Source: an uncultured Synergistaceae bacterium
Lineage (GTDB): Bacteria > Synergistota > Synergistia > Synergistales > Aminiphilaceae
Direction: 5' to 3'
NCBI GenBank assembly: GCA_964545875.1
Contig: CAZJHH010000008.1
Location: forward strand, 74,840 to 114,839
DNA: 40,000 nt
Below the pieces are notes generated by a model. That model was not told the origin of the DNA. It saw only the letters and a program-made list of their open reading frames with translations, and searched no databases. Positions 36,713 through 40,000 of this stretch are shown here, in pieces. Every line of letters starts with the position of its first letter. Positions within the stretch are counted from its first letter, which is position 1. The position numbers and the translations under genes were made by a program.

Positions 36713-37015
36713 ATGAAAAACTTCTTTGTTCGAATGACTGCTACGCTTTTCATTCTTATTGTTTTTGCAGTTTTGATTCCTCTTCACCTACTTATCATAA
36801 CACTCTGTTTTGTTCCTTGCGTAATAAACGAGCTCCTCTTATATACGGCACGGAAAATTTGGTTTTGTTGTTTTGCACCGAGGCTCATTATTGCAGAGAT
36901 CGATGGTTTGCCAATTCCCAAAACGGAAGAAGCACTTTACAAGCATTTTTTTGTAGTTACAGGTATTAAAAAAATGCAAGAAAGCTTGGAGAAAATCATA
37001 TGCCAAAAATCGTAA
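36713..37015 (+). CDS. Hypothetical small membrane protein
   Basis: 100 aa with two hydrophobic segments. The SD is weak, and only 31 nt separate it from the divergent gene. Confidence 0.35.
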   Translation: MKNFFVRMTATLFILIVFAVLIPLHLLIITLCFVPCVINELLLYTARKIWFCCFAPRLIIAEIDGLPIPKTEEALYKHFFVVTGIKKMQESLEKIICQKS

Positions 37016-37127
37016 CTTTATCATTTTTTGGGAATTTGACTGGGGTATAGCCGATTGGGGGCCTTGAAAACAAAGTAGCGACAATGCGCTAACCGTACTC
37101 GAATCAAGCACGGAAAGGAGGAAAACA

Positions 37128-37562
37128 GTGTCGAAAGCAAACGTGGTGCCTTTCGAACGTCCCCAGGAACAGCTGGGTTTGGATGGAATCATCGGCATGC
37201 TGGTGCAGCAAACCATAGCCAGCCTGCTCGCTGAAATCGATATAGAAAAAGCCTTCCGGGAGGCAATGAAAGAGGTTATTGCCGAAAAGATGCAGCAAAA
37301 AAAGCTGGAAATGGATTATTTGATGGACACGGAAGAAGTGGCCCAGATGATCAGAATGAGTAAGGCCTATCTCGATAAGGCCAGAAGCCAGGGAACCCGG
37401 GGGGGATCCCGTCCTGCTCCGAAAAACGTGGAGGTTGGCAGCAGAGCGTTGTACAAGGCTTCAACAGTACAGCGGTGGATCAAAACGCTACCGGAATATG
37501 GCGGAGAGGAAGCTCCGGTATATAAGAACCAAAAGATAAAAAAGGAGTGTGTAATGCAATGA
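37128..37562 (+). CDS. Phage DNA-binding protein with AlpA/excisionase-type (MerR-superfamily) HTH
   Basis: GTG at 37128 follows an AAGGAGG SD. The segment MDTEEVAQMIRMSKAYLDKARSQG...ALYKASTVQRWI resembles HTH_17/AlpA-type excisionase-regulators. Confidence 0.55.
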   Translation: MSKANVVPFERPQEQLGLDGIIGMLVQQTIASLLAEIDIEKAFREAMKEVIAEKMQQKKLEMDYLMDTEEVAQMIRMSKAYLDKARSQGTRGGSRPAPKNVEVGSRALYKASTVQRWIKTLPEYGGEEAPVYKNQKIKKECVMQ

Positions 37563-37702
37563 AGGCAATGTGGTTGATCCTTGCGGTATGTGGCTGTATG
37601 GGGGGCGTCTGGGGAATTCTGCGGATAGCGGCGGATATTCACGCGGATCGTTGTACTCGTAATCACAAGGGTGTTTCCCGGAAGGGGAGGATCACGGCAT
37701 GA
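37559..37702 (+). CDS. Candidate 47-aa membrane peptide
   Basis: The ATG overlaps the upstream stop (ATGA). The peptide is MKAMWLILAVCGCMGGVWGILRIAADIH..., with one hydrophobic helix. It is below the ORF-track cutoff. Confidence 0.3.
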   Translation: MKAMWLILAVCGCMGGVWGILRIAADIHADRCTRNHKGVSRKGRITA

Positions 37703-37788
37703 GCAAATTGCAGTTTTTGACGGTGGTTGCGGTTTTGGTGTTGCACTTGTATGCCATGGTGATTTCTGCGCGCAGTTGGGAGCGGTAA
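37699..37788 (+). CDS. Candidate 29-aa membrane peptide
   Basis: It has an ATGA overlap with the previous candidate and a GGGGAGG SD 8 nt upstream. The peptide is MSKLQFLTVVAVLVLHLYAMVISARSWER. Confidence 0.25.
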   Translation: MSKLQFLTVVAVLVLHLYAMVISARSWER

Positions 37789-37884
37789 CGATGAAGCTTT
37801 TCAGGCGACGGTGCAAACTAGGCGTCCGTCGAAAGATTTGGACCCTAAAAACTGGAAAACTTGATTACGCAAGGAGATGAGACG

Positions 37885-38127
37885 ATGAAAAATTTTCTGC
37901 AAATGATTTTTGGTTTTTTCCGTAAAAAAAGTGAGCCTCAGCCTTCTTCCGCTCTCTTTTCCCATGGCGGCAATACGAACACCATGAGCCGGACAGCGGA
38001 AGACCTCGAGCTATTGATCGGAGCCGCATGTGATGGAGACCGTATGTGGCAGGGGCTGCGCGGAGCCGTCACCATCGGAGGTATCCAACGGCTGCGGAGC
38101 ATGGCGGACAGGCTGGGAGCGGCGTGA
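37885..38127 (+). CDS. Hypothetical phage protein
   Basis: ATG at 37885 follows an AGGAG SD, giving 80 aa. No family was recognised. Confidence 0.45.
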   Translation: MKNFLQMIFGFFRKKSEPQPSSALFSHGGNTNTMSRTAEDLELLIGAACDGDRMWQGLRGAVTIGGIQRLRSMADRLGAA

Positions 38128-38142
38128 AACGGAGCGGAGTAG

Positions 38143-38182
38143 GGACGATAAAACACGGGATCAGGTGCTCGCAACACCTGAT
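38143..38182 (+). repeat. 40-bp direct repeat, copy 1 (contains internal hairpin)
   Basis: GGACGATAAAACACGGGATCAGGTGCTCGCAACACCTGAT is identical to 39359-39398. The internal inverted repeat is ATCAGGTG-ctcgcaa-CACCTGAT. Confidence 0.95.
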
Positions 38183-38210
38183 AAGCAGGAATGTAAAGGA
38201 GGCATGAGAA

Positions 38211-38576
38211 ATGCTGAATATCCCCCAGGTGCCAGCGAAACTCACCACGATCTGTAACGGTGAACTCGAAGATCGCTTTCAGGACGCCCTGCGTACGGTG
38301 ATCTCATCTTTGAAGCCGGGTGAAAAGGGAAGTATCACCATGACCTTGAATTTTTGCAGGCAAGCGGAGAGCGAAAGCATTATCGACACGAAGTTCAAGG
38401 TGACCAAAAAACTGCCCCCCGCAAGTAAGGCCAGCTTTATCCGGGATTTGGGAGCCAAAGGGCTACAAACGGACGCTCCCATGGAACAACAGAATCTGTC
38501 CTTCCTGGACACCGAGCCGAAGACGAAAGCTCTGGATCCTGATCTGGAAAATAAAGAAAGAACGAAGGAGGCATAA
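38211..38576 (+). CDS. Hypothetical phage protein
   Basis: 121 aa with an AGGAGG SD. No family was recognised. Confidence 0.6.
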   Translation: MLNIPQVPAKLTTICNGELEDRFQDALRTVISSLKPGEKGSITMTLNFCRQAESESIIDTKFKVTKKLPPASKASFIRDLGAKGLQTDAPMEQQNLSFLDTEPKTKALDPDLENKERTKEA

Positions 38577-38614
38577 AGATGATGGAGCAGGGAGGCATAG
38601 AGATGATGGAGCAG
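38567..38614 (+). repeat. Tandem 24-nt duplication spanning SD plus start codon
   Basis: GGAGGCATAAAGATGATGGAGCAG is followed by GGAGGCATAGAGATGATGGAGCAG (23/24 identical). This yields the repeat MMEQGGIE-MMEQ at the N-terminus of the 38579 ORF. Confidence 0.95.
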
Positions 38615-39328
38615 CGAGAGCAGATCAATGTGTGTGCGAAACCGGGAGAAATTGTCATCCGGCATGGTCAAGCAAAGCCCCTTTTCGAGTATCGGGGCAC
38701 GGATTACAAAACCAAGACCGTACAGGGATTTGCGAGCCTCGTAAAGGCCAAGGGGAACCGGGATCATGCCATCGTTTTCTTCGGGATAAACTCGGCAACC
38801 GCCATTCTGGACGATCGGATTCAGGACAGGGAGCAGGACATAGTTTCTTATAACGGGCAACGTTCCGTCCAATACGACGAATGGCTTCCCATTCTCAAGG
38901 GAACGGGTTTTTCCCAAAAAGAGCTGATCGAATTTCTGCAGCGACGGGAAGACGGGGAAGTTCCGGAAAAAGAAGCTCTCATTCAGCAACTGAAAAATTT
39001 CCGCTACGTCACCAACATTACCGGAGATTTCACGTATGACTCGGCGAATAACTACACCTTCTCCGTCAAGGTTGGAGAAGCGGATGGAACGGTGAGAATC
39101 CCCCAGACTCTGACGGCAAATATCGAAGTATTTCTGGATTCGGGATTTACCCAGGAGATGGAAGTGGAAATCGAGATCATAAAGCCTAAGTCGGAATCCG
39201 AGCGGCCGCGATTCGATTTGGGTTGCCCGAAGCTGAACCGGTATTTGAAAAAGGCGAATGATCACGAGCTGGAAAGGCTTCACGAGGAACTGGACGGCTG
39301 GCTGGTAGTTGCGGGGCAGCCCCTCTAA
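38579..39328 (+). CDS. Hypothetical phage protein (alternative start 38603)
   Basis: 249 aa. Two equivalent SD-ATGATG initiation sites arise from the tandem duplication. No family was confidently recognised. Confidence 0.65.
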   Translation: MMEQGGIEMMEQREQINVCAKPGEIVIRHGQAKPLFEYRGTDYKTKTVQGFASLVKAKGNRDHAIVFFGINSATAILDDRIQDREQDIVSYNGQRSVQYDEWLPILKGTGFSQKELIEFLQRREDGEVPEKEALIQQLKNFRYVTNITGDFTYDSANNYTFSVKVGEADGTVRIPQTLTANIEVFLDSGFTQEMEVEIEIIKPKSESERPRFDLGCPKLNRYLKKANDHELERLHEELDGWLVVAGQPL

Positions 39329-39358
39329 ATAAAAAGAGCCCCCCAAGAAAGGGGGGGC

Positions 39359-39398
39359 GGACGATAAAACACGGGATCAGGTGCTCGCAACACCTGAT
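39359..39398 (+). repeat. 40-bp direct repeat, copy 2
   Basis: Identical to 38143-38182. Here the stem extends to 11 bp (GGGATCAGGTG...CACCTGATCCC). It is preceded by a GCCCCCC-aagaaa-GGGGGGGC hairpin. Confidence 0.95.
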
Positions 39399-39433
39399 CC
39401 CGATTATATCACACCTTGAAAGGGGAGGCCAAA

Positions 39434-39631
39434 ATGGAAGCGGAATGTAAGCATGAGGTCGATGTAAATCGGGTGAACCGTGCAAGGGATAGGGCATGCA
39501 TTCTTTCCCAGGAAACCAAAGAGATCCACTATGCCGTTCGGGTGGGAGGAGTTTACGGCCCCACCACAAGGGATAGAGGATGGAGTGAATGCTTCGGAGT
39601 GTTTGAAAACGGAGAGGAAAAAACGGCCTGA
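39434..39631 (+). CDS. Hypothetical phage protein
   Basis: ATG at 39434 follows a GGGGAGG SD, giving 65 aa. No family was recognised. Confidence 0.45.
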   Translation: MEAECKHEVDVNRVNRARDRACILSQETKEIHYAVRVGGVYGPTTRDRGWSECFGVFENGEEKTA

Positions 39632-39724
39632 GGGAAGCCCCCCAGGCGAATGGAAAATAACGCGCCGGGCGTTACAGCGCCCGGCCTCCATTGTAACACG
39701 GCAAGTCAAGAAGGAGGTGTTGGT

Positions 39725-40000
39725 ATGGCGCGAGGATTCAATAAAGCGATTATCATCGGCAACCTTACCAAAGATCCTAAACTCCAATATACCCCCCAGG
39801 GAACCCCCGTTTGTAAGGTGGTCATAGCGACAAACCGCAAATATAAAAACCAGCACGGGGAAACCTGTGAAGAGGTGGATTTCATTCCCGTGGTGATCTG
39901 GGGTAAAAACGCCGAAAACTGCGACACCTACCAACAGAAGGGTAGTGCCCTCCTCGTGGAAGGGCGGATCTCCACTCGAAATTACACGGATAAGGACGGC
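39725..40000 (+). CDS. ssb: Single-stranded DNA-binding protein (5' partial, truncated by window end)
   Basis: An ATG follows an AGGAGG SD. My own translation is MARGFNKAIIIGNLTKDPKLQYTPQGTPVCKVVIATNRKYKNQHGETCEEVDFIPVVIWGKNAENCDTYQQKGSALLVEGRISTRNYTDKDG. This is a canonical SSB OB-fold N-terminus. The ORF is not in the track because no stop lies within the window. Confidence 0.9.
   Translation, partial: MARGFNKAIIIGNLTKDPKLQYTPQGTPVCKVVIATNRKYKNQHGETCEEVDFIPVVIWGKNAENCDTYQQKGSALLVEGRISTRNYTDKDG

Larger units (their letters stand above)
29265..40000. mobile_element. Prophage-like integrative element (partial, continues beyond window end)
   Basis: A tRNA 3'-half junction lies next to a tyrosine integrase. 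The element also has a CI/cro-type divergent switch, an excisionase-like HTH protein, ssb, many small ORFs and mosaic GC content. The right end is not in the window. Confidence 0.75.

Noticed and set aside
37671-37880. 69-aa ORF from the track.
   Set aside because: It overlaps two short ORFs that have ATGA coupling and an SD, while this frame has no SD and a Gly/Arg/Cys-rich translation. It is left unannotated, but this is not resolved.
38143-39398. CRISPR array suggested by identical repeats with internal palindromes.
   Set aside because: There are only two copies, 1.2 kb apart, separated by protein-coding genes. There is no regular spacer architecture and no cas genes.

Overview
Bacterial chromosomal window made of three compositional blocks. 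GC values are rough hand counts on single 60-nt lines, not computed. (1) 1-12.0 kb is GC-rich (about 53-58%). It holds a PhzF-family isomerase, an Asp/Glu-racemase-family protein, an FMN glutamate-synthase-like protein, an Lrp/AsnC regulator and a lone short ChrA half. These are followed by a sugar ABC-transporter operon with an embedded 2-hydroxyacid dehydrogenase, a TIM-barrel sugar-phosphate isomerase/epimerase and a Gfo/Idh/MocA oxidoreductase. (2) 12.0-29.2 kb has lower GC (about 48%) and encodes amino-acid and peptide catabolism. Genes are a YheO-like regulator, RidA, a DapF-type epimerase, a DAACS symporter, a D-cysteine-desulfhydrase/ACC-deaminase-family PLP enzyme, an M42 peptidase and a CyuA/UPF0597-like cysteine desulfidase. 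Then come a five-gene Opp/Dpp-type peptide ABC transporter, a transglutaminase-like protein and an M55 DppA D-aminopeptidase. (3) 29.2-40.0 kb is a prophage-like integrative element that runs off the window. It is inserted next to the 3' half of a tRNA-Val(CAC)-like gene and carries a P4-type tyrosine integrase. A very AT-rich cargo block (about 28-38% GC) follows, containing a RexA/RexB-like pair plus an extra 3-TM protein downstream of a CI/LexA-like repressor. The rest comprises a cro-like gene, a second cargo operon (Abi-alpha-like protein, zinc ribbon, coiled-coil/TM protein), small early genes and a truncated ssb. The best candidates for defence or novel biology are the two prophage cargo modules (31.2-33.5 kb and 35.3-36.7 kb). 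Secondary points are a D-/sulfur-amino-acid catabolic gene cluster, a repressor whose S24 domain lacks any candidate catalytic Lys, operator-like triple repeats, and 40-bp perfect direct repeats flanking a two-gene module. All family assignments rest on motif recognition by eye and no database search was run. Many long antisense ORFs in the GC-rich part are treated as artefacts.
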